DNA from: Escherichia coli
GTDB lineage: Bacteria > Pseudomonadota > Gammaproteobacteria > Enterobacterales > Enterobacteriaceae
NCBI RefSeq assembly: GCF_048403405.1
Contig: NZ_CP183129.1
Strand: one strand, 5' to 3'
DNA: 64,000 nt
Part shown: in pieces, positions 13,241 to 24,216 of the stretch
Position numbering within the stretch: the stretch's first letter is position 1
Layout: each line of letters opens with the position of its first letter
Program-made: the position numbers and the translations under genes
Notes under the pieces: model-generated
Told to the model about the DNA's origin: nothing
The model's database searches: none
Seen by the model: only the letters and a program-made list of their open reading frames with translations

Positions 13241-14434
13241 CTAAAGCGCACCGGCCTTCTGGCGTGCGGTAACAAAGGTCAGTACGCCAGCGCAAAGGAG
13301 CAGCACGCTACTCATAGCAAACGTGCTCTGCCAGCCAAGGCGGTCAAATACGATGCCTCCTGCTGTTGATCCAAGGGCGATGGAGAGCTGAATCACCGCG
13401 ACCATGAGCCCGCCTCCGGCTTCGGCGTTGTCAGGCAACGTACGCGCAATCCATGTCCACCATCCGGTTGGCGCGGCGGTGGCCAGCATGCCCCAGAGTC
13501 CTAACAGCAGCGAGACCGTCCAGACGTGATGCCCGGTCAGCATCAGACCGATAGCAATGACGGCCATCAGTCCGGGTATGGCCATCAGCGTGGGGTAGAA
13601 TTTTCTGTTGAGAAATGCCGAAACAACCAGCGTGCCAATAAAACCGGCCACGCCGATAATCAGCAAAATCAACGACAAGCCTAAGGAATTAACCCGTGTC
13701 ACCGACTCCAGAAACGGGCGCACATAGGTGAATAGTGCAAACTGCCCCATGAAAAACAGGCAGCAGGCTATCATGCCGACCACAACCATGCGGCGGCTAA
13801 ATAAGCGGAATACCGCGCCACATGAAGTGTGGCTTTTATTCGCATCCATGCTTGGCAGGCTGATGCACTGCCAGATAAAGGCGACAACCGCGATGGGCAC
13901 CAGGCACAAGAAAGCGCCTCGCCATCCGACCGTAGCCCCCAGATAGCTTCCCAGCGGTGCGGCCACGACCGTCGCCAGCGCATTACCGGCGTTGAAAATT
14001 GCCAGCGCACGCGTGACCTGATGCTGCGGCACCAGACGAATCGCCGTTGCCGCTGACATCGACCAGAATCCGCCAATAGCCACACCAATCATCGCACGAC
14101 CGACCATATACATCAGATAACTGGAAGCCAGCGCAATAATAAGCCCCGATACGGCCATCAGAACCGTCATCCCCAGCAGCAGGAACTTACGATTCATCTT
14201 TCCAGCTAGCGTTGAAAGCGTCAGGCTGGTCAGAACCGCCAGCGCGCCGGAGATAGCAATCCCCTGCCCTGCCAGCCCCTCCGTCACGCCTAAATCGCGG
14301 GTAATCGGCGTGAGCAGGCTGACGGGCATAAATTCAGAAGCAATCAGCACAAACACGCACAGGGTCATGGCAAAAATACCGCCCCAGTATGCGCGCTGAT
14401 GATGAGGTGATAGTGTTTGGCTTAGTGTCGACAT
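13241..14434 (-). CDS. Major facilitator superfamily transporter (12-TM)
   Basis: 397-aa hydrophobic ORF with MFS-like loop motifs. Confidence 0.85.
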   Translation of the reverse strand: MSTLSQTLSPHHQRAYWGGIFAMTLCVFVLIASEFMPVSLLTPITRDLGVTEGLAGQGIAISGALAVLTSLTLSTLAGKMNRKFLLLGMTVLMAVSGLIIALASSYLMYMVGRAMIGVAIGGFWSMSAATAIRLVPQHQVTRALAIFNAGNALATVVAAPLGSYLGATVGWRGAFLCLVPIAVVAFIWQCISLPSMDANKSHTSCGAVFRLFSRRMVVVGMIACCLFFMGQFALFTYVRPFLESVTRVNSLGLSLILLIIGVAGFIGTLVVSAFLNRKFYPTLMAIPGLMAVIAIGLMLTGHHVWTVSLLLGLWGMLATAAPTGWWTWIARTLPDNAEAGGGLMVAVIQLSIALGSTAGGIVFDRLGWQSTFAMSSVLLLCAGVLTFVTARQKAGAL

Positions 14435-14509
14435 AGTGAAATTTCACAAAGATCAGGATAAAAGCCACCAGCCTATGGCCGGTGGCTTTGCATCAATTCA
14501 GGAGAGGTT

Positions 14510-15646
14510 TTATTTCAGTTTGGTCTGGAAAAATTGTTCGAACTTCGCGAAAGGTATTTTTCCGGCCACGTTATCGTACAGGTCCACGTGATTTGCCCCT
14601 GGTACCACCACCAACTCTTTGTCTTTACTGCCAACCGCCTTGTAAGCATCTTCAGCAAAATAGCGTGAATGTGCTTTCTCACCGGTCACAATCAGCGTCG
14701 GAATGGTGATTTCACTGGCGTAGCTCAACAGCGGCATATTCATAAATGACAGCGGCATCGTTGCCGTCCACGCCCCGGTAGAGTTAACGGAACGTTCGTG
14801 GAAGCCGCGCGGCATGCGATAGTAGTCAAAGAACTCTTTCAGTACCGGATGAGGATTTGCCGGCAGCGTTTCTGGCAGAATGCGCTCGCCCGCACTGACC
14901 TTGCCGTTGCTGTCGACATTAATATCATGACCACCGTGAGCGAACGTTCCGCTCTGCGCATCCTTCCAGCGCTGTTCATTCAGATATTGCAGAACGGCAC
15001 GACGGTCGGCGGTAGAATAACGGTCTTTGCCATCCCCCACACCATGACCCATCGCCCGGCTCATGTCATACATCACGCTGGTAGCTACCGCTTTAACGCG
15101 GGTATCCATCGCCACGTCGTTCAGCGCCATGCCGCCCCAGCCACAAATACCGAGCAGCCCGATACGGTTGCGATCTACCTCTTTTTGCAGCCCTAAGAAA
15201 TCCACCGCCGCGCTGAAATCTTCAGTGTTGATATCCGGTGAGGCGACGTTTCGCGGATAGCCGCCGCTTTCCCCGGTGTAAGAAGGATCGAACGCCAGGG
15301 TAACAAACCCTCGTTCCGCCAGCGTCTGCGCATACAAGCCGCTGGATTGCTCTTTCACCGCGCCAAATGGCCCACTGACCGCAATCGCCGCCAGCTTGCG
15401 ATCGCCACGGTCTTTAGGCAGGTAAAGATCGCCCACTAAGGTGATGCCATATCGGTTCGGGAACGAGACTTTACGGTGATCGACTTTCTGGCTCTCGGCG
15501 AACGTTTTATCCCATTTATCTGTCATGGACACAGGGGCATTAGGATTGGTTGAATCAGCATAACTCATTGTCGTGACTCCACTTAATGATGCGAAAAGCA
15601 GCATGGTCGGCATCGCGGTTTTTAGCGTGCGGGTGAAGGCTTTCAT
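14510..15646 (-). CDS. Secreted alpha/beta-hydrolase-fold protein (putative Cys/Ser hydrolase)
   Basis: N-terminal signal peptide; nucleophile-elbow-like GICGWGG motif; ends VVVPGANHVDLYD. Confidence 0.7.
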   Translation of the reverse strand: MKAFTRTLKTAMPTMLLFASLSGVTTMSYADSTNPNAPVSMTDKWDKTFAESQKVDHRKVSFPNRYGITLVGDLYLPKDRGDRKLAAIAVSGPFGAVKEQSSGLYAQTLAERGFVTLAFDPSYTGESGGYPRNVASPDINTEDFSAAVDFLGLQKEVDRNRIGLLGICGWGGMALNDVAMDTRVKAVATSVMYDMSRAMGHGVGDGKDRYSTADRRAVLQYLNEQRWKDAQSGTFAHGGHDINVDSNGKVSAGERILPETLPANPHPVLKEFFDYYRMPRGFHERSVNSTGAWTATMPLSFMNMPLLSYASEITIPTLIVTGEKAHSRYFAEDAYKAVGSKDKELVVVPGANHVDLYDNVAGKIPFAKFEQFFQTKLK

Positions 15647-15832
15647 AAAAATCCCCATAAAAAACAACAGAGAGATACAGGTTTCCGACGGACAACGCTG
15701 CGGTGCTTTACTTTGATGGGGTCATTATAGTGAGCAGAATTAGTGCTGATTAGGGGGCGATTAATGCTAAGATTAATACCATATTGTTATAAATTAATGT
15801 GGAGATTGCCGGCATGAAGGGGGGATGTTTCA

Positions 15833-16717
15833 ATGGCGAAAAGGGAGAACTACAACGAGCTGTACCTGTTTATGCAGGTGGTGCGAGAAGGCAGCTTTAC
15901 CGCAGCGGCTCAGCGGCTGGGTCTTGCTCAGTCAGGAGTCAGCCGTTCTGTTCGCGAGCTTGAAGAAAGGCTGGGTGTCCAGCTGCTAGTGCGCACCACG
16001 CGTAAACTGTCGCTGACACAAGCAGGCGAGCAGCTCTACCAGAAGACGGCATCTGGATTTGAAATGTTAGATCTTGGGCTTGCCACACTGGCGCACTATC
16101 GAGAGACGCCCTCCGGCACGGTGCGTATCAATGCCAGCCAGCACGCGATTGATAAATGCCTGCTGCCAAAGCTGGCGGTATTTAAACAGCGATATCCTGA
16201 TATCCGGCTTGAACTGATAAATGAGAGCCGGTTCGTCGATATCATCGAGGAAAGATTCGATGCAGGTGTCCGCCTGGGGCCTGAAGTCGGCCAGGGTATG
16301 GTCGCGGTACGCATCACGCCCGATATGGAGATGGCAATTGTGGGGACTCCGGAACATTTTCGTCGCTATGGTTTTCCGCAAACCCCGGCGGATTTAAAGG
16401 CGCATCCCTGTATCGCCTATCAGTTTGCCGACGGCAGCGTATACCAGTGGGAACTCAATCAGGATGATAAAAAAATCACTCATCGCCCTGAAGGGCAATG
16501 GGCCTTATCCGACAGCTATATGGAAGCAGAAGCCGCCCGGCTGGGCCTCGGATTGGCCTATGTTCCTGTTGAACTGGTCGCGGATGATTTAGAACACGGT
16601 AAGCTTATCAGGGTGTTGCAGCGTTACAGCCTGCGAATGGAGGGATTGTTTCTCTATTACCCTCATCGCAACGTCTCCCCCGCCCTGCGGATGGTCATTG
16701 ATACATTGAAAATCTGA
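15833..16717 (+). CDS. LysR-family transcriptional regulator
   Basis: 294 aa; N-terminal HTH FTAAAQRLGLAQSGVSRSVRELEERLGVQLLVRTTRKLSLTQAG; divergent from the hydrolase-MFS pair. Confidence 0.88.
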   Translation: MAKRENYNELYLFMQVVREGSFTAAAQRLGLAQSGVSRSVRELEERLGVQLLVRTTRKLSLTQAGEQLYQKTASGFEMLDLGLATLAHYRETPSGTVRINASQHAIDKCLLPKLAVFKQRYPDIRLELINESRFVDIIEERFDAGVRLGPEVGQGMVAVRITPDMEMAIVGTPEHFRRYGFPQTPADLKAHPCIAYQFADGSVYQWELNQDDKKITHRPEGQWALSDSYMEAEAARLGLGLAYVPVELVADDLEHGKLIRVLQRYSLRMEGLFLYYPHRNVSPALRMVIDTLKI

Positions 16718-16789
16718 ACGTTAACAACGACCGACTCTTTACTGTGCAATATTGTGTCAGGTAGTCCCTCTGCGTTCAATTCCAGGGTT

Positions 16790-17210
16790 TGTACTGACCC
16801 CAAAAAGTTGGACAGTTAAACACGAGGCATATAGGTCTGATTCCGATATTCAATTGGAGTCAGACCTTTTAATTTCAGGCTAATTCTTCTGCTGTTGTAG
16901 TATTCAATATATTCCGTAACAGCATCCTTCAGTTCGCTTATATTACTGAACTCATCAAGATAAAAACACTCCGACTTTAAGGTTCCAAAGAAACACTCCA
17001 CCACAGCATTATCCAGACAATTGCCTTTTCTGGACATGCTTTGTTTAATACCATGTTCTTTAAGGATATTTTGATATCTTCTCATACGATACTGCCATCC
17101 CTGGTCAGAGTGCAGAACAGGATGCTCGTGAGGATTAAGCTTTTTGAATGCCTGATCGAGCATATTCTCAACCATGTTCATCACTGGTCTTTCCGAAAGG
17201 CTGTAAGAAA
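16790..17210 (-). mobile_element. IS3-family (IS150-group-like) element, right part: orfB C-terminal fragment plus terminal repeat
   Basis: Minus-strand translation ...[47 protein letters not shown]...; end sequence tgtactgaccccaaaaagttggac; abuts IS26 at 17211. Confidence 0.8.
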
Positions 17211-18030
17211 GGCACTGTTGCAAATAGTCGGTGGTGATAAACTTATCATCCCCTTTTGCTGATGGAGCTGCACATGAACCCATTCAAAGGCCGGCATTTT
17301 CAGCGTGACATCATTCTGTGGGCCGTACGCTGGTACTGCAAATACGGCATCAGTTACCGTGAGCTGCAGGAGATGCTGGCTGAACGCGGAGTGAATGTCG
17401 ATCACTCCACGATTTACCGCTGGGTTCAGCGTTATGCGCCTGAAATGGAAAAACGGCTGCGCTGGTACTGGCGTAACCCTTCCGATCTTTGCCCGTGGCA
17501 CATGGATGAAACCTACGTGAAGGTCAATGGCCGCTGGGCGTATCTGTACCGGGCCGTCGACAGCCGGGGCCGCACTGTCGATTTTTATCTCTCCTCCCGT
17601 CGTAACAGCAAAGCTGCATACCGGTTTCTGGGTAAAATCCTCAACAACGTGAAGAAGTGGCAGATCCCACGATTCATCAACACGGATAAAGCGCCCGCCT
17701 ATGGTCGCGCGCTTGCTCTGCTCAAACGCGAAGGCCGGTGCCCGTCTGACGTTGAACACCGACAGATTAAGTACCGGAACAACGTGATTGAATGCGATCA
17801 TGGCAAACTGAAACGGATAATCAACGCCACGCTGGGATTTAAATCCATGAAGACGGCTTACGCCACCATCAAAGGTATTGAGGTGATGCGTGCACTACGC
17901 AAAGGCCAGGCCTCAGCATTTTATTATGGTGATCCCCTGGGCGAAATGCGCCTGGTAAGCAGAGTTTTTGAAATGTAAGGCCTTTGAATAAGACAAAAGG
18001 CTGCCTCATCGCTAACTTTGCAACAGTGCC
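17211..18030 (+). mobile_element. IS26 copy 1 (820 bp, complete)
   Basis: Terminal inverted repeats ggcactgttgcaaa at 17211 and its reverse complement ending at 18030; internal Tnp26 ORF. Confidence 0.95.
17271..17978 (+). CDS. tnpA: IS26 transposase Tnp26 (IS6 family)
   Basis: [57 protein letters not shown]... Confidence 0.95.
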   Translation, partial: HMNPFKGRHFQRDIILWAVRWYCKYGISYRELQEMLAERGVNVDHSTIYRWVQRYAPEMEKRLRWYWRNPSDLCPWHMDETYVKVNGRWAYLYRAVDSRGRTVDFYLSSRRNSKAAYRFLGKILNNVKKWQIPRFINTDKAPAYGRALALLKREGRCPSDVEHRQIKYRNNVIECDHGKLKRIINATLGFKSMKTAYATIKGIEVMRALRKGQASAFYYGDPLGEMRLVSRVFEM

Positions 18031-18743
18031 CTTGCTGGTAGTGGTTCTGTAGCCAGGTGGCTGAAGGTCTATGAAGAGCGCGGAGAAGCTGGTTTACGCG
18101 CGCTCAAGATTGGCACCAAAAGAAACATTGCAATATCAGTTGATCCAGAAAAAGCGGCATCAGCATTGGAGCTGTCAAAAGACCGACGCATTGAGGATCT
18201 TGAAAGGCAAGTTCGATTTCTTGAAACGCGGCTTATGTATCTAAAAAAGCTGAAAGCCTTAGCTCATCCCACGAAAAAGTAAAAGTACTCAACGAGCTAA
18301 GGCAGTTTTATCCTCTTGATGAGCTTCTCAGGGCTGCGGAGATACCGCGCAGTACGTTTTATTACCATCTAAAGGCTCTCAGCAAGCCTGACAAGTATGC
18401 GGACGTTAAAAAGCGTATTGGTGAGATTTATCACGAGAATAGAGGCCGATACGGATACCGTAGGGTAACGCTGTCTCTTCATCGAGAAGGGAAACAGATT
18501 AACCATAAAGCTGTTCAGCGCCTGATGGGAACCCTCTCACTTAAAGCAGCGATTAAGGTCAAGCGATACCGCTCTTACAGAGGAGAGGTAGGGCAAACCG
18601 CCCCTAATGTTCTCCAAAGAGATTTCAAGGCTACGCGGCCAAACGAGAAGTGGGTTACCGATGTTACTGAATTTGCAGTCAATGGGCGCAAGCTGTATTT
18701 GTCTCCAGTAATAGATCTCTTCAACAACGAAGTTATTTCTTAC
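18031..18743 (+). mobile_element. IS3-family element, internal part: orfA 3' region, A6G slippery site, orfB N-terminal fragment
   Basis: A-AAA-AAG frameshift heptamer at 18243-18249; orfB N-terminus ...[36 protein letters not shown], which continues in frame with the minus-strand fragment at 16816-17210. Confidence 0.8.
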
Positions 18744-19563
18744 GGCACTGTTGCAAAGTTAGCGATGAGGCAGCCTTTTGTCTTATTCAAAGGCCTTACA
18801 TTTCAAAAACTCTGCTTACCAGGCGCATTTCGCCCAGGGGATCACCATAATAAAATGCTGAGGCCTGGCCTTTGCGTAGTGCACGCATCACCTCAATACC
18901 TTTGATGGTGGCGTAAGCCGTCTTCATGGATTTAAATCCCAGCGTGGCGTTGATTATCCGTTTCAGTTTGCCATGATCGCATTCAATCACGTTGTTCCGG
19001 TACTTAATCTGTCGGTGTTCAACGTCAGACGGGCACCGGCCTTCGCGTTTGAGCAGAGCAAGCGCGCGACCATAGGCGGGCGCTTTATCCGTGTTGATGA
19101 ATCGTGGGATCTGCCACTTCTTCACGTTGTTGAGGATTTTACCCAGAAACCGGTATGCAGCTTTGCTGTTACGACGGGAGGAGAGATAAAAATCGACAGT
19201 GCGGCCCCGGCTGTCGACGGCCCGGTACAGATACGCCCAGCGGCCATTGACCTTCACGTAGGTTTCATCCATGTGCCACGGGCAAAGATCGGAAGGGTTA
19301 CGCCAGTACCAGCGCAGCCGTTTTTCCATTTCAGGCGCATAACGCTGAACCCAGCGGTAAATCGTGGAGTGATCGACATTCACTCCGCGTTCAGCCAGCA
19401 TCTCCTGCAGCTCACGGTAACTGATGCCGTATTTGCAGTACCAGCGTACGGCCCACAGAATGATGTCACGCTGAAAATGCCGGCCTTTGAATGGGTTCAT
19501 GTGCAGCTCCATCAGCAAAAGGGGATGATAAGTTTATCACCACCGACTATTTGCAACAGTGCC
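18744..19563 (-). mobile_element. IS26 copy 2 (820 bp, complete, inverted relative to copy 1)
   Basis: Identical Tnp26 ORF on minus strand; inverted repeats at 18744 and 19563. Confidence 0.95.
18796..19503 (-). CDS. tnpA: IS26 transposase Tnp26
   Basis: Protein identical to the copy at 17271-17978. Confidence 0.95.
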   Translation of the reverse strand, partial: HMNPFKGRHFQRDIILWAVRWYCKYGISYRELQEMLAERGVNVDHSTIYRWVQRYAPEMEKRLRWYWRNPSDLCPWHMDETYVKVNGRWAYLYRAVDSRGRTVDFYLSSRRNSKAAYRFLGKILNNVKKWQIPRFINTDKAPAYGRALALLKREGRCPSDVEHRQIKYRNNVIECDHGKLKRIINATLGFKSMKTAYATIKGIEVMRALRKGQASAFYYGDPLGEMRLVSRVFEM

Positions 19564-19803
19564 GATGATTTCAGATTTCATGACTTGAGACACACCTGGG
19601 CAAGTTGGCTGGTTCAAGCCGGTGTCCCGTTGTCAGTGTTACAGGAAATGGGAGGCTGGGAGTCTATCGAAATGGTTCGTCGATATGCTCACCTCGCACC
19701 TAATCACCTTACCGAACACGCACGGCAAATAGACTCGATCCTGAACCCATCGGTCCCAAATTTGTCCCAGTCAAAAAATAAGGAAGGTACTAATGATGTG
19801 TAA
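19564..19803 (+). pseudogene. P4-like tyrosine integrase, C-terminal about 80 codons (5' part replaced by IS26)
   Basis: ...[47 protein letters not shown]... carries the catalytic H-x-x-R and Y region; stop lies 14 bp from the tRNA-Thr 3' end. Confidence 0.8.
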
Positions 19804-19817
19804 CTTATTGATTTAAA

Positions 19818-19893
19818 TGGTGCCGATAATAGGAGTCGAACCTACGACCTTCGCATTACGAATGCGCTGCTCTACCAACTGAGCTATATCGGC
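19818..19893 (-). tRNA. thrW: tRNA-Thr (anticodon CGU)
   Basis: Reverse complement reads GCCGATATAGCTCAGTTGGTAGAGCAGCGCATTCGTAATGCGAAGGTCGTAGGTTCGACTCCTATTATCGGCACCA. Confidence 0.95.
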
Positions 19894-20007
19894 CCTGAAA
19901 GGACATGTTCACGAACGTGAATCACGGTGGACAAGGTTAAAACTAACCGGGCGATGCGTCAATGGCCTTGTGAATCAAATGGCTACTTTTGCATCACCCG
20001 GTTTTAT

Positions 20008-21261
20008 TTACGCACGAATGGTGTAATCACCAATGCCGATCCACTTGTAAGTGGTCAGTGCTTCCAGCCCCATTGGGCCACGCGCGTGGAGTTTTTGTGT
20101 GCTTACCGCCACTTCCGCACCCAGACCAAACTGGCCGCCGTCGGTAAAACGCGTAGAGGCGTTAACGTAAACAGCGGACGAATCCACTTCGTTAACAAAA
20201 CGCTGGGCGTTGCGCATATCGCGGGTCAGGATCGCATCGGAGTGTTGTGTGCCGTGTTCACGAATATGGGCGATGGCATCGTCAAGATCGCTGACGATTT
20301 TGACGTTCAAATCTAATGACAGAAACTCATCGTCATACTCTTCGGCTTTAACAGCAACCACCTTCGCAGGGCCTGCCTGCAACTGCGCCAGTGCAGCTGC
20401 ATCTGCGTGTAATGTCACGCCGCTTTCCGCCATTTGTTTGCTTAATGCGGGCAGGAAGCTATCGGCGATGTTTTTATTCACCAGCAACGTTTCAACCGTA
20501 TTACATGTGCTCGGTCGCTGAGTTTTCGCGTTGACGATCACTTTTAATGCTTCAGCGATCTCTACACTTTCATCAACGTAAATATGGCATACGCCTATAC
20601 CACCTGTGATCACCGGGATCGTTGACTGTTCGCGGCACAGTTTATGCAGGCCAGCGCCACCACGCGGGATCAGCATGTCGATGTATTTATCCATACGCAG
20701 CATTTCACTGACCAGCGCACGGTCAGGATTATCAATCGCCTGCACGGCACCCGCCGGTAAGCCGCAGGATTTCAGGGCGTCCTGAATCACCGCCACCGTT
20801 GCAGCGTTAGTGCGGCAGGTTTCTTTACCGCCACGCAGGACCACCGCGTTACCCGTTTTCAGGCACAGCGAAGCGACATCAACCGTCACGTTCGGCCGCG
20901 CTTCATAAATCACGCCAATCACGCCCAGCGGTACGCGACGACGCTCAAGACGCAGGCCGCTGTCCAGTACGCCGCCATCGATTACCTGCCCCACCGGATC
21001 GGCAAGGTTACACACCTGGCGCACATCGTCAGCAATGCCTTTCAGCCGTGCGGGCGTCAGTGCCAGACGGTCAAGCATCGCTTCGCTAAGGCCATTGGCA
21101 CGCGCGTCAGCAACATCCTGGGCGTTAGCGTTGAGGATGATTTCGCTTTGTGCTTCCAGTTCATCGGCGATTTTTTCCAGCACACGATTTTTTTCGCGGC
21201 TGGAGAGTTGCGCTAATTTATACGAGGCTTGCTTTGCGGCAATGCCCATTTGTTCCAGCAT
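20008..21261 (-). CDS. proA: Gamma-glutamyl phosphate reductase
   Basis: 417-aa [41 protein letters not shown]... Confidence 0.97.
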   Translation of the reverse strand: MLEQMGIAAKQASYKLAQLSSREKNRVLEKIADELEAQSEIILNANAQDVADARANGLSEAMLDRLALTPARLKGIADDVRQVCNLADPVGQVIDGGVLDSGLRLERRRVPLGVIGVIYEARPNVTVDVASLCLKTGNAVVLRGGKETCRTNAATVAVIQDALKSCGLPAGAVQAIDNPDRALVSEMLRMDKYIDMLIPRGGAGLHKLCREQSTIPVITGGIGVCHIYVDESVEIAEALKVIVNAKTQRPSTCNTVETLLVNKNIADSFLPALSKQMAESGVTLHADAAALAQLQAGPAKVVAVKAEEYDDEFLSLDLNVKIVSDLDDAIAHIREHGTQHSDAILTRDMRNAQRFVNEVDSSAVYVNASTRFTDGGQFGLGAEVAVSTQKLHARGPMGLEALTTYKWIGIGDYTIRA

Positions 21262-21272
21262 CGGCCAGCTCC

Positions 21273-22376
21273 TTAACGGGTAATCATGTCATCACGGTGA
21301 ACGGCAACCGGGCCATATTCATATCCCAGTATTGCATCAATTTCTTGCGAGTGGTGTCCGGCAATACGGCGTAATGCATCGCTGTTGTAACGACTGACGC
21401 CGTGGGCGATATCGCGACCTTCGAGGTTGCAAATGCGGATGACTTCACCACGCGAGAAATTGCCAGTCACGCTTTTAATACCTTTCGGCAACAGGGAGCT
21501 GCCGCGTTCAAGAATGGCGGCGGTTGCCCCTTCATCTACCGTGATTTCACCCGCCGGCGGCGCACCGAAAATCCAGCGTTTACGGTTTTCAAGCGGAGTC
21601 GCCTGGGCATGGAACAGCGTACCCACGGAAATGCCTTCCATCACATCACCAATAACGCCCGGCTTGCTGCCCGCGGCAATAATGGTGTCGATACCCGCAC
21701 GGCAAGCCACGTCCGCGGCCTGCAATTTGGTACTCATGCCGCCAGTTCCGAGGCCTGAAACACTGTCACCGGCAATCGCGCGCAGTGCGTCATCAATGCC
21801 GTAAACATCTTTAATCAGTTCTGCCTGCGGATTGCTGCGCGGGTCAGCGGTGTACAAACCTTTTTGATCGGTCAGCAGCAACAGTTTATCGGCACCCGCC
21901 AGAATCGCCGCCAGCGCAGAAAGGTTATCGTTATCGCCGACCTTAATCTCTGCAGTAGCGACAGCATCGTTCTCATTGATTACCGGAACGATATTGTTAT
22001 CGAGCAACGCTCGCAGGGTGTCGCGGGCGTTCAGGAAGCGTTCACGGTCTTCCATATCAGCACGGGTCAGCAGCATTTGCCCGACGTGAATGCCATAAAT
22101 CGAAAACAGCTGTTCCCACAGTTGAATCAGTCGACTCTGCCCTACCGCCGCCAGCAGTTGTTTCGAGGCGATAGTCGCTGGCAGTTCCGGGTAACCCAGG
22201 TGCTCACGTCCGGCGGCGATCGCGCCCGACGTCACAATAACAATCCGATGCCCGGCGGCATGTAACTGCGCGCACTGGCGAACAAGTTCAACGATATGGG
22301 CACGGTTCAGACGGCGCGATCCGCCTGTTAGCACACTGGTGCCGAGTTTTACCACCAGCGTCTGGCTGTCACTCAT
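21273..22376 (-). CDS. proB: Glutamate 5-kinase
   Basis: Start at [19 protein letters not shown]; 367 aa. Confidence 0.97.
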
Positions 22377-22663
22377 GATTCTCTGCCATTCAATTTTAGG
22401 AAAAATGATATCAAACGAACGTTTTAGCAGGACTGTCGTCGGTTGCCAACCATCTGCGAGCAAAGCATGGTGTTTTGTTGCGCGGGATCAGCAAGCGTAG
22501 CGGCAGTTGTTTACGCTTTTATTACAGATTTAATAAATTACCACATTTTAAGAATATTATTAATCTGTAATATATCTTTAACAATCTCAGGTTAAAAACT
22601 TTCCTGTTTTCAACGGGACTCTCCCGCTGAATATTCGCGCGTTAATTAAAATCAGGAATGAAA

Positions 22664-23719
22664 ATGAAAAAGAGCACTCTGGCATTAGTGGTGATGGGCA
22701 TTGTGGCATCTGCATCCGTACAGGCCGCAGAAATATATAACAAAGACGGTAATAAACTGGATGTCTATGGCAAAGTTAAAGCCATGCATTATATGAGTGA
22801 TAACGACAGTAAAGATGGCGACCAGAGTTATATCCGTTTTGGTTTTAAAGGCGAAACACAAATTAACGATCAACTGACGGGTTATGGTCGTTGGGAAGCA
22901 GAGTTTGCCGGTAATAAAGCGGAGAGTGATACTGCACAGCAAAAAACACGTCTCGCTTTTGCCGGGTTGAAATATAAAGATTTGGGTTCTTTCGATTATG
23001 GTCGTAACCTGGGCGCGCTGTATGACGTGGAAGCCTGGACCGATATGTTCCCGGAATTTGGTGGCGACTCCTCCGCACAGACCGACAACTTTATGACCAA
23101 ACGTGCCAGCGGTCTGGCTACTTACCGTAACACTGACTTTTTCGGCGTTATCGATGGTCTGAACTTAACCCTGCAATATCAAGGGAAAAACGAAAACCGC
23201 GACGTTAAAAAGCAAAACGGCGATGGCTTCGGTACGTCATTGACATATGACTTTGGTGGCAGCGATTTCGCCATCAGTGGGGCCTATACCAACTCCGATC
23301 GCACTAACGAGCAGAACCTGCAAAGCCGTGGCACAGGCAAGCGTGCAGAAGCATGGGCAACAGGTCTGAAATACGATGCCAATAATATTTATCTGGCAAC
23401 TTTCTATTCTGAAACACGCAAAATGACGCCAATCTCTGGCGGCTTTGCCAATAAGACACAGAACTTTGAAGCGGTCGCCCAATACCAGTTTGACTTTGGT
23501 CTGCGTCCATCGCTGGGTTATGTCTTATCGAAAGGGAAAGATATTGAAGGCATCGGTGATGAAGATCTGGTCAATTATATCGACGTCGGTGCTACATATT
23601 ATTTCAACAAAAATATGTCAGCGTTTGTTGATTATAAAATCAACCAACTGGATAGCGATAATAAGCTGAACATCAATAATGATGATATTGTCGCGGTTGG
23701 CATGACCTATCAGTTTTAA
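22664..23719 (+). CDS. phoE: Outer membrane phosphoporin PhoE
   Basis: [38 protein letters not shown]...; porin C-terminal ...GMTYQF. Confidence 0.95.
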   Translation: MKKSTLALVVMGIVASASVQAAEIYNKDGNKLDVYGKVKAMHYMSDNDSKDGDQSYIRFGFKGETQINDQLTGYGRWEAEFAGNKAESDTAQQKTRLAFAGLKYKDLGSFDYGRNLGALYDVEAWTDMFPEFGGDSSAQTDNFMTKRASGLATYRNTDFFGVIDGLNLTLQYQGKNENRDVKKQNGDGFGTSLTYDFGGSDFAISGAYTNSDRTNEQNLQSRGTGKRAEAWATGLKYDANNIYLATFYSETRKMTPISGGFANKTQNFEAVAQYQFDFGLRPSLGYVLSKGKDIEGIGDEDLVNYIDVGATYYFNKNMSAFVDYKINQLDSDNKLNINNDDIVAVGMTYQF

Positions 23720-23757
23720 TGGATATTGCCGGATGTGATGCATCCGGCACATTTCAC

Positions 23758-24216
<459 letters not shown>

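Noticed and set aside
18973-19803. 276-aa + strand ORF that looks like a full integrase-sized gene
   Set aside because: Its first ~200 codons are antisense to the IS26 transposase gene (identical to the antisense ORF in copy 1); only the last ~80 codons (19564-19803) are integrase sequence.
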